NCBI GenBank assembly: GCA_050084985.1
Contig: JBITNC010000001.1
Location: forward strand, 58,714,001 to 58,778,000
Direction: 5' to 3'
Length of the DNA: 64,000 bases
Source of the DNA: Nageia nagi
Lineage: Eukaryota; Plantae; Pinophyta
The notes beneath the pieces were generated by a model that saw only the letters and a list, made by a program, of their open reading frames with translations, did not search any database and was not told the origin of the DNA. Made by a program: the position numbers and the translations under genes. Every line of letters starts with the position of its first letter. Within the stretch, counting starts at the first letter, position 1. This document shows, in pieces, positions 13,511 through 27,954 of the stretch.

Positions 13511-14049
13511 AAAGTTCTAAACAATTTGTGATTTAGAATTTATCTAAATGTATCAATATATGTTGCATCATAATAGGTTAACATCATAAATATAACAAGT
13601 AATTTATCTAAAAGTACACTCTTTGTGCAATATATTTCATCAATACTGTATAAATATAATAGCCAATTCCATTTGATATTGGAATGCAAGTGATCCTCCT
13701 TTGAGTTTTTTACAACTTAATACAAATATGAGGGAAATAGTATTGTAAGCTCAAATGGATAAATTCATTACTACAAGAATTACTTTCACTTATTCAAGAA
13801 ATTATAAACTATTGAAGTTTGATTTTAAATGCAACAAATTATATCCCAGTAGATATCTCCCTTGAAAATGATAGCCTACACTTACATTGTGTGGCCTCAT
13901 CTTCAACGTAAAAAAAGTACAAATGTCAATGTAAACATTAACATAAACATAAACATATACATAGGTGTAATTCATAACTTACCATTTTGAACATGTAAAG
14001 GACATAACTTGTGGGATCTAGGGCCACATTTTTCAACTTAGGAAGATGA

Positions 14050-17000
14050 CCTGCTTCATACTCACTAATAGGAACATTAAGATCAACAACTATAGATCAT
14101 TTCTTCTTAGTCTTATTGCATGGAGAAAAGCAACTCTTACACCTTTTCAAAGATTAGTCATGTCACATGTAAATTGATGACTAGTAGACCTTTCATTCAT
14201 TTGTTCATGTACTTTTTCAACCATCGATATGAGTGTTCAATATATTATTGGTGTTTGGGGGGAATTTTTTCTTAAGAACTAAATACATTCACTGAATTTA
14301 TGTCCAATTTGGAGAATGGACAACCTAGTTATTAGGAAGTGGGGAGCTTTGAGGAACCACATTATCTTTAGCAAGAACAAAGTCTTGTTTAATAGGAGGA
14401 AACAAATTCAAATTAGGTGCAAATAGATGTTTAATCTTCCATACATGTTTGCAAATGTTTCCTCATAAGTCCCACATGCATTCACATGAAGTTGAACTAA
14501 ATTCTAGCCCAAACATAGTAACAAGGTATTTGGTGGATTCTTTTGTTTGACTTCATACCCAATATGCATTTTTTATAAAATCATGGTGATAACAATATTC
14601 ATGAGGAATACTATAGGATTTATTTAGAGAAAATTCAAGAGACTTCTCTTTCTTGAAGTTATTCCAAAAACCCATACACATTAGCACATATTTGTTCTTG
14701 TAATATGGCTCCCCATGCTCGAGAAGTGTGTAAATTAGCTAGTCTAACCTCCTTCCAGACTTCTTATTCTTTTCATTAAGAAATATAAGATTAAAAATTG
14801 AATGGTAAGACTCAATGGATGCATTAGTATCTTGGTTTTTATATCGAAAATTTTGAAGTTGTTTGGGCCACATGGATGACAAACACATACAACAAGTATA
14901 ATTAGGAAACTTGTAAACTTTAAGAAAATAAATTGCTAACAAACACATACAAAAGAGATATATTCCTTATAAGGGGAATAAAATGGTACTCAAAACAAAA
15001 ATTAAAGAATATTTTGTCAACATAGATACAAAAATTATTTTATCAACATACCTTAAAGTGATACAAAGTCAATCACTTAAAATTCCAAGTTCAATACCTT
15101 TCATTTTTTATTTGGAATTAATGCCTCCATAAAATAAAAAATAAAACTATGATAGCATGCATGCTACTCTTAATATATACCTAAAATAACTCTCCACTCT
15201 ATCTTATTTATAGATCGAGTTCCTTAGTGCCAAAATGGACTACTCCACCATTAAGATTCATAATCATAAAATGGGCTATTTTAGTATACTTTCTAGTTGG
15301 GACTCTTAACCTCCTTATTTATCAAAAATCAAAATTTGGAATAATAATGAGAGAATTATACTTCATTGACAAAAAATTGTAGAAACAATTTTGCTTGTGA
15401 AGTAGTTAAAATACTTATGGAATAAAAACAAAAACAACCTTAGGTAATTGAAATGTTTATAACTCCAAAAAAAATTAAAGATTGAAATTAATGCATATTG
15501 ATCTTATGACCATTCACCCATGTGTGATTGAATTAATCTATGAATGTATTTTGTTCCTTAAATTCATTGTAGAAATCATTCATGGGTGTTGTTACTGGAA
15601 TTGTATCATCTGTGGTATGCATAATTTGACCTAACCTAGAGAACATCCTTCTTGCCACATCATTGGAAGATGCATACTTAAAAATATTTTTAATCCACAC
15701 ACTATGTACATGCCATAAGCAAACAAATTGTTGTGGACATTTTAAAACCCTCCTATTTCATTCATCCAAAGAAAATGTAAGAAACTATGACATCAAAGTT
15801 GATTAAAATAGTATATTACATAAAGTAATAATTGAACAAGATATTTTGTACCTTATAGCTTCTATTTCATGTTGATCATCATTTATCATGAATTCATGCA
15901 CATTCCAAACAAATTGATATTATTTTCCTTAATCATGTAATAGAGTAACCATTCTTGTATATCCACTACCCAATTACGTTCAGCAATAACCCAAGCAACA
16001 AACACACCACTGTCTTGATTATAAAAAAATAAGCAATGTGTATAATTGGTACTGTAGTTGAAAACAACAAATAACTTACAAATGCTAGAACCTATTCAAT
16101 GGTACATACAAAATAAAATAATACATTAAACATACCTCGTATGTATTAATGATAAATGTTGAATCCATTGCAATTATACAATTATGAGATAATGTTACCA
16201 TATTGTGTAGCATCCATGGAGTTTGAATGCCAAAAATAAACCCTTGAAGTTTGTCTACATGTGGATAATAAATGAAACAATTTTCTTTCTAAACTTCATA
16301 CCAATATTTAACACTCTTTAGATCTTCATCTTGTTTTTGCATATCCATTTTTTGAAGTGCATTGCATATGTTATAGACATATTTTCTCAATATAAAATTA
16401 TCTCTAATTGATGGTAGTTCACCAAAAACCTCATTCAAATATGTTACATTAGTAATGGTGTCAATGGACACACCTATAGCTAACAACCCCTCAATCACTG
16501 ACACTACCTCAAGTGATAAACATGGTGCAACCAAATACATCCCATCTTTTGTTAGGTCATACACACCATGGTAAGGAACACCATTTAAATACACATGCTT
16601 GAAAGAATTATATTGTATAAATGCAATATTAGGATTATTTTTGTAAACCTTTACCAAGAAATGACATTGACATCCTCTCCTTTGGATAGCATTCATCCTT
16701 TGTTTTGGAGGGGGTAGAGCATTCCTCTTATCTTTGGGACCATATGAGCACCAATACCTATAATTCCATGATATATTTTTAGTTAATATATTTACTATAA
16801 TTTACACGCTAAGAAAGTAAAGGTTCATCTTAAACTACACTTACTTAGAATGTGTTCTTATTGTAGATCCCTTTGGTGAATACTCAGTTTCATTATATGT
16901 CTTGTTCACAAAATGCTTCCTCACAAATGTGCATTATCCTTCTACATTATTTTTCTTACCTCTCTTGAAGTTATCCAATCTAATAACATGTATAGCTACC

Positions 17001-17050
17001 ACCAAATATTTCTAACTATTTCATGGGAAACAAAATTCACTCCATGATAG
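14050..17050 (-). pseudogene. Intron-containing Mutator-like (MULE) transposase pseudogene with SWIM zinc finger
   Basis: RRGCQCHF (FAR1-like), FMINDD near 15880, DTNASIESYH at 14800-14832, SWIM CECMWDL*GNICKH at 14444-14487; GT..AG introns; boundaries approximate, no TIRs found. Confidence 0.8.
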
Positions 17051-18545
17051 GTCATTTCGAGAAAAACACATTTTTCTCAAGCATTTTTTGGACAAGTATA
17101 TCAAATAACTAATGCCATTTCTTAACATTAACCATTTTAACTATTTTTTGTATTATTTTTGCCCAAACGCAAAGTACTACAAAATAAAAAGGACAAAACA
17201 CAAGTGAATAAGGAATCCACTCAAACATCAAGCTACAAAAATAGAATAATATATGCAAACAATTACATCTTAATGTTTTGCAAATGATATTGAACATAAT
17301 CTCATAAGCATTAGTTGTGTTATGATAATGATTGCAGGTTCAATCATGAAGAGAGATGAGTATCATAAATACACAAATATAAGGAACACCCTAGTTATGA
17401 TATTTATAATGAGGAGATGAAATTGAAATAAAATATATAAAACACACTAATTCTTCAACTTGCCAAGTATTAGATAAGTTTCCCCTCATTTGAACTACCA
17501 CAAATTTCTTTTTTGGAATAGTTGAATTATTAGAGCTTACATATCTCTCATATAATAAGTACACTTGCAAAATTCTTTATTTTCCTTGTACAAATATTTT
17601 AGAGAATTTGATTGCTTTTTTTTATTCCACTTAGAAGAGTTTGTTAGAAATGATCTCCACTTGATATTGACAAACAATTCAAAATACAAAATCTAATGTG
17701 GATGTTTTTGTATAAAGTATGATTTTATTTCCAATAAAAACTATCATTGGAAGAAACATATGACCTTGAATTTGATAAAAGTTACATTAATGTGGAATCA
17801 TTATTGCTCAAGTTAATTTCTTGCCAAATACATACGTGACTGTCACACTTAGAAAATTGCCTTAATATTGATATCAAGCTTTGCATCGATGTGAAGCTTA
17901 TTCATGGAGGGGTAGAGGCTAATAATGAAGGATTTTATTATGGGGAGGAAGCATTGATTTTTAGGTGCTATGGTAATTCCAATGTTGTTGTTGAAATTGC
18001 AATGATATTAATTTGGATGGTTGGTTTCAGATACTATTCGGTTATGTAATTGGTGATTCCAATGTTATCATTGAAATTGTAATGAGGTTAGTTTGGATGG
18101 TTGGTTTCAAGGTTATGTTACATATTTTATTTACTGATATCAAATTGGGATAACCTTTTGCATTACAGGAGTGGAAGTTTTATTTTATGTTGTGGTGTTT
18201 TTTAGATTCTTTCTAGAATACTAAAAGAATGTGAAGATGAAACTAAACATGAATGCTCTGCAATCCTATATTTGATTATTTGATAACTATGAATGTTGTT
18301 TCATACATAAACATATAGAAAATACATAAATGAAGTGTATAGTTTCATGGACTATTTGATCCTTAACTACATGGAGGTAGCTCCAATGGTCCAATGGAGG
18401 TAGTTTCAAGGTGCTAGGGTTTGATCTTTCACCCACTCAAAATGTTATTAAAAAAAAATTAATCCAGTATGGAAGAGAGTTGCTTGCATTAATTTAGGTT
18501 GGTTGATGACATATAGGGTAGTGAATATTGGAATGCATGTACGTA

Positions 18546-19130
18546 CATTCATTCAATCAATATACTGAAATAATTTGAAACATTTGCTGATTTGCCAATA
18601 GGGGGAATTCGTTCAATCAATACCTATAGGGGCATTCTTTCAATCAATTCCCTTTGTGACTTTAGCCAATGTCTCTAAGGTATATTCATTCAATCAATAT
18701 TTGGGTATTCATTCAATCATACCCCTATGGAATTCATTCAATCAATGCGTACAAGGTAATTCTTTCAATCAATACCTTAGGAGACTTCATTCAATCCAAT
18801 GCCACTAGGGTATATTCATTTAATCAATATCCTAGGGCATTCATTCAATTAATACCCTTGGGTAATTTGTCCAATCAATTCCTATAGGGGCATTCATTCA
18901 ATCAATACCTATAATGGCATTCATTCAATCATTGCCTATAGGGCCATTTGTTCAATCAATACCTACAAGGGCATTTGTTCAATCAATACCTACAAGGGCA
19001 TTCATTCAATCAATGCCTATAGGGGCATTTGTTCAATCAATGCTATAAGGGCACATTCATTTAATCAATGCCTATAAGGGCATTCATTCAATCAATGCTT
19101 AGTGGAGGCATTCATTAAATCAATATCCTA
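18546..19130. repeat. Minisatellite, ~27-bp unit GGCATTCATTCAATCAATRCCTATAGG, about 20 copies
   Basis: Exact 27-bp period at 18891/18918/18945; more degenerate toward the left. Confidence 0.9.
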
Positions 19131-19649
19131 TCAAAAAATAATCCATCATTGAAGCACCAACACAGAGAGCTTTGATAGAAACATAAATTTTGAGAGGTGT
19201 TTAGATGGTTGAATAGATAACACCTTATATGATGACTCTATACCATATGATATTATGTGATAAGGTAGGAAGAGGGAATTTTGAATGGTTAGCACCTCTT
19301 GGGATGATTAGCCCAAGGGATATGTTACCAAAATGGATGACTAGCCCAAGAACAATGGCACCCAAACGCATAACCATGATATGGGGGACAACTAGCCATG
19401 ATAGAAGATACAATAGCCCAAGGAGATAACCTATGAGATGGAATACAATAGGTATGACTAGTATTGATAAAAGTGATAACCTATGATATGGGATACGATA
19501 AGTATAATTAGTCATGATAACTGGAGAGACACCAAATATAGGATGAGATGGGGATTATTCCCCTAAATATTCTCATGCAATGTTGGGGTATCGACATACC
19601 TTATTGATTCATAGTAGGGTGAACTATTGGGCCATAGAATTAAGACTGA

Positions 19650-21902
19650 GTATGTTCATATAACTCTCATGATTATTTGTTAATAAGAAACAAATAAGGA
19701 GTTAAAAATTTTAACATATAAATAAGTTATCTCTATAATGAAATAATACTATAATATTTAAAATTTTCACATGGTATCAGAGTGTATTTAAAGAAGAACC
19801 ATGGGTTGGGAAGTTTAATCTCCAACTTGATTACATGGAAAAATTCAAGTATATTCCTCTATTATAACAAAATGTACATATGTAAATAAATAGATAGGGT
19901 TATAGTGTAACTTACCATATATCTTTTTTTCTTATGTGTACTTCTATAATCCATAATTCTCTATAAGAATATGTTACATTTTGAGGTTTGTAATTCATCC
20001 TTGCTTGTGCATCTAGGGTCCCTGTAGGTAAACAAATTTAAGATTGCTAGAATTATAGTAGATGTGAGCCATAATGTAGCTGAAGATGTAGTACAGTTAA
20101 TATTGGATCTAAATATCATTATTGGAGATGATTTCCCTAGCATCCATACCCCTCTTGCTGATAGGATTTTGATAATATACGACATGTATGAGGATAAAGG
20201 AAGTCCATAACGGTAAAAACTCTCCAAATGAAGGAAGAAGCTATAGATTCATAGAGCTTTTCAATGTAGGTGATAGGATCTTGGAGACATAACAAAGGTA
20301 CAAAAACTTCGATCAATGGGATCTCCGAATGGATACAATTCTACATGAATATATTGCTTATGTACAACACATAAGAGAATCTAGTGAAGTATTAATGATG
20401 ATGTTAGCTAGTGGAATTCTTCAATGTATTTGACCAACAACAACCAAGTGGGGTGAAGATTATTGATTCTTGAGGATGAAAATGATTGAGTGGGTCTTTC
20501 TAGTGATAGTATTGATGAGCTTCATAACTCATCATCTATAATACAAGATCAAATTTGGTGATGAATTTGATAAACTATAGATCCACGACTATCATGATGA
20601 CTTCATGATTGTTACGATAAACAATGAGGAGTGTACCACAAACTTGTATGGGTAGAATCCACACCATATTGAGATATGTGGAGATTATTATATGGAGAGG
20701 TCACCACATATATTGTTATTTGATAATTATTTAATAGTTTATATAGGGTGTTAATTATTTATATTGTATAATATATTTTTGTTATTATATGAGAATATAT
20801 ATATATATATACATATACATACATACACACATTCAAATATAATGATAGTAATATTTAATAACTATTGTAATAATAGACTATTTCAAAAGTAAGAATAAAA
20901 TAAAATAAAATATTTTAATAGGAAGAATATATTTATTTAAAAAAATATGGAATGCATGTTATGATGTACCTAATACTCCTTAAATTGTAAGAAGTTAATA
21001 TTAAGAGGGGAATGATATATTCTTCTAGCATATAATGTGCACTTGATTTGAATGCTTTGAGTTTTCACAAGTGATAAAAAAATAGAGATTTAACCTAGAA
21101 CCAATATAGCGAACCTTGTAAGTAGCGATCTACTTTACTACACTTAGTCATTGTAATGATTGGTGATCCATTTAGTCTGGTAGGATGAGAAGCTTTCATA
21201 AGGATGTTATTGGAAAAAAAAAGGAAAAATCAAGGATTTGTATATGTAAAAGTAGGTCCATACTGCATTTAACTTTAATGGATGTGTTTGTCCTCATTCA
21301 CAAGATGAATGAATATATTTATCCCCAATCATAGATGGTGATATGATTGGTTGTATGTGTCCCTAATAATAATATTATAAAAAGATGTGTGTGTCCCTAT
21401 TCATAAAGTTGATGTTATATAGATACATTTTTCCCTATCCATATTTATTGTATAACTCAGGATGGAAGTATTTATCCCTATCCTAGTTCCATGGATAGTG
21501 TATATATCCCTATCTAGTTGCATAAGTGAATCATGGATGATAGAGTGTATCCTTATCTATGGTCACATGAAGAAGCATAGCGAGGTGAGTTACACTATTA
21601 CTTATCATGAGTAGATGTGTATGTCTCTACTCATACCTTATACTTTGATGAATTGTTATATGTGTTTATCAAGTAGTTATTAGTACACTATACCCATTTT
21701 ATAAATTGATGTAATAAGGGGGGTGATAGTAATAATTTTAAATCATAGGTAAAATGGTTAAGATAGTTATTGTTGTCTCTATTTGTTCATAAAATTCTCA
21801 TGATTATTTATTGATAATAAATAAATAAGAAGCTGGTTATGTTTGAATGCATAAATAAATTCTCTATAATTAAACAATAATACAATATTCAAAATTCTCA
21901 CA
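19650..21902 (+). mobile_element. Old, short non-autonomous LTR element (left boundary uncertain)
   Basis: LTR end ..TTCACA at 19771 followed by Met PBS TGGTATCAGAG (19772-19782); PPT AAGAGGGGAA at 21003-21012 then TG; 21790-21902 is homologous to 19660-19771. Confidence 0.65.
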
Positions 21903-22519
21903 TATATCCCCCAACGTATAGCTCAAAATTTGATAGTACATTCCTAGAAATATTATAACATCTTTATCTCGAGTAAATGAGAAATTAAAAAAAGAGAAAC
22001 TCTTAAAATTGTTGGCCCACTAAATCATTTTGAGTTCATCTAGTTTTAATAAACATCATCTAACACAAATATTAAATACAACTAACACTTCATTTGACTT
22101 ACCTAAATATGAAAATAATTAAAATAATGAGATAAACCCACTATGAATATGATATGACCATGCTCCAAAATATGAGAAAAGAAATATGAATGTGAGGATT
22201 AAAGAGAGAAAAAAATACGAAGAACATATTACAGGACTCAACTATATTCACCAATAATAATGTTAATCCATAAAATGCTTATAAAACATTTAGATAGGTG
22301 ACTCGTATATATAGATAAGAAATCAACTCTAATATTGATACATTATGAATTTTCCAATTCTTCTTTTATTTAATGACATTTAATAATCTTTAATAATAAA
22401 TACCTTATGATACATTATTTATAAAGACCTTTGATACAATCCTTAATAAATAAAAACTTGTATTAATATTAAGTTAGATATCTAGACTACTTATACATCT
22501 TACCAAGAGTATTACATCC

Positions 22520-24720
22520 TAGAATCTCCCTTACAAGTTTGCTTGGGGATATTGAAGTAATGTTCTCATGATGCATGGAAAATATTATGCTTTCCTTTGG
22601 ATACTCCAAGCTAATGATACAATCTCATAAACTTTACCTCATCCAAGCCTTAGACAAAATATCAGTAAGATTATTATTGATATGTATGTACTCTAATTCT
22701 ATCCTCTTGTTTGTAAGAAGTTCCCTAATAACATACATATAAATATCTATAATTTTTATCTATTGATATTGTATTGGGTTCATAAAAGCTACAACATTTT
22801 GATTGCTCATATGAATATTGGTGGGTGAAACTTGGTCATATCCCAACGCAAGTGAAAATTATCATACCTACATAGGCTCTTGACTTTGATATGCCATTAC
22901 TATATATTCTACTTTCATAGATGATATAGAAATAATATTTCTTTTTACTTAACCAATGATAGGTCCACTCTCAATTGAGAATACAAAATTAAAGGTTGAA
23001 TTTATTCTATTTGTAGCCCTTGCAAAATTTGCATCTACATTATTGAATAAATTTGATGTGTTATCCTTCTTATAGGAAATATATTTAAGTAAAGAGCTCT
23101 TTACATATTCCAATACTTTCTTAGCTACCTTCGAATGATAATCATGAGTGTGCAATTAAAATTTTGATAATTTTGAGATGATATAAGATATTGAATCTAG
23201 TGTGGGAGTGAAGACTCCCAAAAATAAACCTACACATTGTTTCAACTACCTTAGGGTCATTTAAACCATTTTCTCTTATCACAAGATTAGTTTTGGATGA
23301 TATAATAACAATAGAAAGTTTGCAATCTTCCATGCTAAACTCCTCGAGGATATGAAAGACACAATTAGATAAATTTATATATATCCTATGATCCCATTTC
23401 CATGCTTACAAACTAAGTATAGCATGAAAAGCATAAGTCCATAATCTTGAACTTCTTCTTCAAGCCTTATTTCACTATCTTGATAATCCTCGTGATACAT
23501 ACATCATCAACATACAACACAATTATCAATACATGCTCACTATATCTCCTAATCTACGCATTATTTTTTAAGATGTATTTTTTATATCCTAAGTCAATGA
23601 GAAATACATCAATATTATTATACCATGCTTTAGGTACTTATTTGAGACCATAAAAATATCTCTTTAACTTTCACATATACTTGATGTATCCTTTTTTTTC
23701 AAATTATTTTTGTTGGCACAAATACATCTCTTATTACAAATTTCCATTGAGACAAGTTCTTTTGACATCCATTTGATAGCCTCCCATACTTGGCTTACTT
23801 TAATAAAAAAATACCTATATCATGGAATTCATATATACCACAAGAGAAAAAGTTTCATGGTAATCCACCCTTTCAAGTTATCAAAAGCCTTTAGCCATCA
23901 AGCATGCCTTATGTTTCTAAACATCATCTTTAGAATTGAATTTTTTATTGTAAACCCACTCACAACCTATATTATTCTTTTCATAAGACCTTAAGGCCCA
24001 ATTCCTAACTTTCATTCTTCATTAATTCATCATAGTCATTTTTTATGGTTGATTCCCATTTGGGTACATTGTAATCTTTTTCATATATAGGTGGGATCTC
24101 ATATTTCATGATCTTTCCCATTAGTGTGAAACCTATTCTCTATTTTTTCCCATGATAGTTTTCCTTCAATATTCGTAGGATGTTAAACTTTAAAAGGGTT
24201 TCTTTAATATGCCCTTTCATCCTTTTAGGCACTTTAAGCTCAACATTAGAATCATGTGAAACAAAATCAACCATATATTCTTGACACATATCCCCTTGAA
24301 CAACAAAGCAACTTTTATGTCAAATTGTATTATGATCATCACCTTGATTTGTATCATTTTATAAATAAACTCTTTTCATCATCAAGTAGCCTTGGAAGAT
24401 TGAATCAAATATTAAAATCAAATCCCTCATCAATTTACACATATCTCCTACGAATAATATCCCTAATGTATGAATCATATAATTTTTTTAACTCCTCTAC
24501 ATAACCCACAAAGATACACTTCTTGCTTTTAGGTTCTAACTTCATCCTCTTCTCCTTTGGGATATGGACCTAAGCATCACAATGAAAAACTTGAAGTAAT
24601 TCAAATTTGGCTTTCTCCCAATTCACTTCTCTTTCAAAGTAGCTCTCTGAACGACTCTTGCAAGATTATGACAATTAATGTAAAAAGCACATTGTTCCAC
24701 TTCAACTCACAACTTGATGT
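22520..24720 (-). pseudogene. Ty1/copia pol remnant (integrase end, RT, RNase H)
   Basis: KLEPKSKKC (~24530), YQMDVK (~23770), YGLK*VPKAWY (~23640), LYVDD (23503-23517), SSMKVEY (~22910), LTDILSKA (~22655). Confidence 0.88.
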
Positions 24721-25346
24721 TAATACTACTTACATGAAACATGTATCTTGCTATCTTAAAAAACACTTTATTTTTTTATTTTGTAATTTTATTTTACTAA
24801 AAAATATATAAAATAGTAAATTAATATACAATATATACTAAAAAAAAAAAAAAATTCCAACTCTTTAATTTACGTATTCATTTCCATTATCCATTCTCAA
24901 AATCCAGAGATTTATTTTATTGCTATTCAACAAAAACCTTAAACCCAATGAAACGATATAAGCTCTGTTAATATAAAAAAAATTAAATATCTATAAACTC
25001 TATCAATATTTTTATTAAATCAAGTTATATCACATGAAATGATTTAACTTTATTAAAATAAAAAAAACTTATACTCACAAATAATATATGTCCACATTCC
25101 ACTTATTTACAGAGACCAATAACTTCAACTTCCAATTTACAGAGTTCCATAGCTTTAATTTCCAAATATCTTGACTCAATCCCAATACATAGTTCTTCGT
25201 CTTGATGATACCCATTGATTGCAATTCAAGTTTGAATGATTACTTACACTGATCGGCATTCATTTCATCAGATACGATATGTATCATGAAAACAAGAGCT
25301 CATAGAACTGGATCCAGGGCTTCTGTGCATTAAAAGTTTATCAGTC

Positions 25347-25611
25347 ATGCTCAATAAGGCTGGCCTGTCTTCATATCGTGATAGGACCGCAGAATTTCAC
25401 AATGTAGCTCAAAGGTTAAAGAAATCCTCTTTATATGATGCTACTTCTTCCAATTCTTCTTCTTCAGCCAGTTTTGGGAATGGGAATGGAGACCTCGATC
25501 ATCGGAAAGGGCTTCATGGGGCATCGCTGCAATCAGAGTTTAACAAGAAGGCCTCAAGAATCGGGTTGGGTATTCATCAGGCTTCGCAAAAACTTGCAAG
25601 ATTGGCGCAAT
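25347..25611 (+). CDS. SYP32: Coding exon 1 of a Golgi Qa-SNARE, SYP3 (syntaxin-5/Sed5) family
   Basis: YRDRTAEF N-terminal motif and SEFNKKASRIGLGIHQASQKLARLAQ; ends at consensus donor T|GTAAGT (phase 1). SYP31 versus SYP32 cannot be settled from one exon. Confidence 0.9.
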
Positions 25612-27954
25612 GTAAGTTAAACAGGCCATTTTCGTTTATTTTTAAAACTTATTTCTTTGGTCGTTGTGTGGATCTCTATATCTAAAATATAGGTAGGGAT
25701 CTCATTTTTCATGTGTTAAATTTAAGCGGGGATTTCAATTTTATGCATCTGTATAGGTTTTCCTGATATTCCATGAAGAATTTCTTTGATATTTTTGTAG
25801 TATAAAACTCTCAATATTTGGTTTCTTTGATAATTTTGTAATATAAAACTCTCAATCTTTGTTTTGATTTCCTGTCAGAGATGTCACTGTTATGATCCAG
25901 TACCACTAAGCCTCAATATCACCACAATTGTTACTATTGCGCTCTGGCAGCTTCATCGTTACGCTCCATCTAAAATATCTCTGTCATTCAACCAAGGCCC
26001 AGTTGGTGTGTTCTAGACCTGATATGTAGGTGGTCTAAGTGAGGATTCCATTTTTCTAATGCAGATTTATTCTAATTGTGAAGAATTCAACATAAGACTA
26101 TATGTTGGTTTCCTGTGACTCTCTCAGGCCTTAATGCTATTAACTACATACTGGAATATATCCCATAACTTTCTGAAGATCAAATGTATTAATAAGGCCC
26201 GTAATAACCATTGTTCCCTGCATGGTATCTTCCCATCAATGGTAGAACATTCATGAACTGCACAGAAACATAATGAATCTAACCCCACGTACAGATAGAA
26301 GATTTATAGTGGGGAAAACATAATAGAAAATACTCACTTTCAAATTATGCAGGGTGTATTCACTGACACCTAACAATCTAGTACAAGGCAGTCAAGAGTA
26401 AAGGAAAATGATCTGCAATTCCAACATAGCAAGAACATCCAAGCACCTTCCATAGGGCTACCATCCTACTTCTAACTCCTAACACAACTTTCTAGTACCC
26501 CTTCTTTAGTCCGGTACTTGCACCTCTGTAGCAATGCTTTATAATAATAAAGTCTTAATATGGGTATATAGGATACAAACAACAGCAGCAAAAAACGTCT
26601 GGGTATGAATTCGAGTATAGGGAAGTTCAATGTTGGGTGCTTACTGTCAAGCATACACACTCCCATAGTGATGAATAATACCCCTAGCCAATGTGCGCAC
26701 CAGACTTGTATTCCCATAGTCATGACTCACAACGACAAAAACCCTCTTGAACACAATACACTTACCTTTAGAAAGACAGAAGCTATATATGTTTAGATAA
26801 ACATTTCCCAAGCATCAACATGGCTCCTGACAATTTTCAGGGGACACATCTTCCCTAAAAAAAAATTACCATCCCTGGAAACTTAGGGATGCCATGGGGG
26901 ACATTCTTTACTGTTCATCAATAATGTAGAATGTATTTAACCATTTTACTAGTTTTTGCATCATGACTTTGCTAGTTTTTGCATAACAGATATTACAAAT
27001 GATTATGTTTCATTTATTTTCATTGTTCTTACAGTTATACTTGCCATCCCCCAGCCGTTTCCTAAAATCAGGTCACCATCCATGAAAAGCTGTCTTCCTT
27101 TTCCTCAGTTACCCCGTCCCCCACTCCATTAGAACCTTGCTCCTATTATACTCCAATAAGCATGAGCATACTTATTTTACTGTACACCAAAAATTATGTA
27201 TGCAAAAAGTCCCTTCAATATAGTGCAAATATAGCTTAAAAGTTTAAAACATCTAAAATGATTCCTTTCCTTCCAAGGAGGAGTTACACTTGTGTGGTTT
27301 TTTTCCATGTCTTCTTGGTCTATCTTTCACCCCACACGTTTATGATGACGAATTGAGCTTCTAAAAAGGAAAAAAATGAGAAAATCTAGGATATATTCGG
27401 ACACTGCAGGTCCTATTTGACCACTTTAATGATGGAATATTACAATGAAGTGTAATTTATTTTGACATATTTTAGTGAAGAATATGTATATGCAAAGGTT
27501 ATGTTTGGAACACTACATGCCACTCAAACTGACAACTTATATCTTAGCATTTGGTTTCCACATAATGGCCTTGTATATTTTATAAGAAAAGTAGATTCTG
27601 TTTTGAAGTAGAATTCCCTTGCTCTCTCTTTAAAATGAATAAAACTTTGATAAGTTCATGATAAAAGAGATTACATTTACAAGGCTCATTCTACGGTGTT
27701 TGCTAATGTTTCAAACATAAATAATGTAATTAACCTCCTTTGTGTTATAGGATGTGTTGTGCCTTCCACAACACGCCCTAAATTTTTAGTAAATTTGGGG
27801 ACCCTCAAATTTTGATAAGAAGGAGTTGTTTAACAGGAGTGATCAAGTTGGCGGTGTGCTGAGACCAAAAAGACATTAGGGACTAGAATCAATGAAGGGT
27901 GATCAATGTTTGACCTTTGGGGGCAATGGATCGAATTTTGGCTAAGGCATGATT

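Noticed and set aside
18375-18460. tRNA gene or SINE
   Set aside because: Only weak A/B-box-like words and an A-run; no cloverleaf or TSD.
25612-25685. C-terminal 24 aa of ORF 25347-25685
   Set aside because: Read-through into the intron after the GTAAGT donor; syntaxin similarity stops at LARLAQ.
25870-25905. Candidate exon 2 after CCTGTCAG
   Set aside because: Does not encode the expected LAKRxSxFDDP continuation in the required phase.
26820-27125. MITE-like GGGGAC/GTCCCC motifs in the intron
   Set aside because: No clear TIR pair or TSD.
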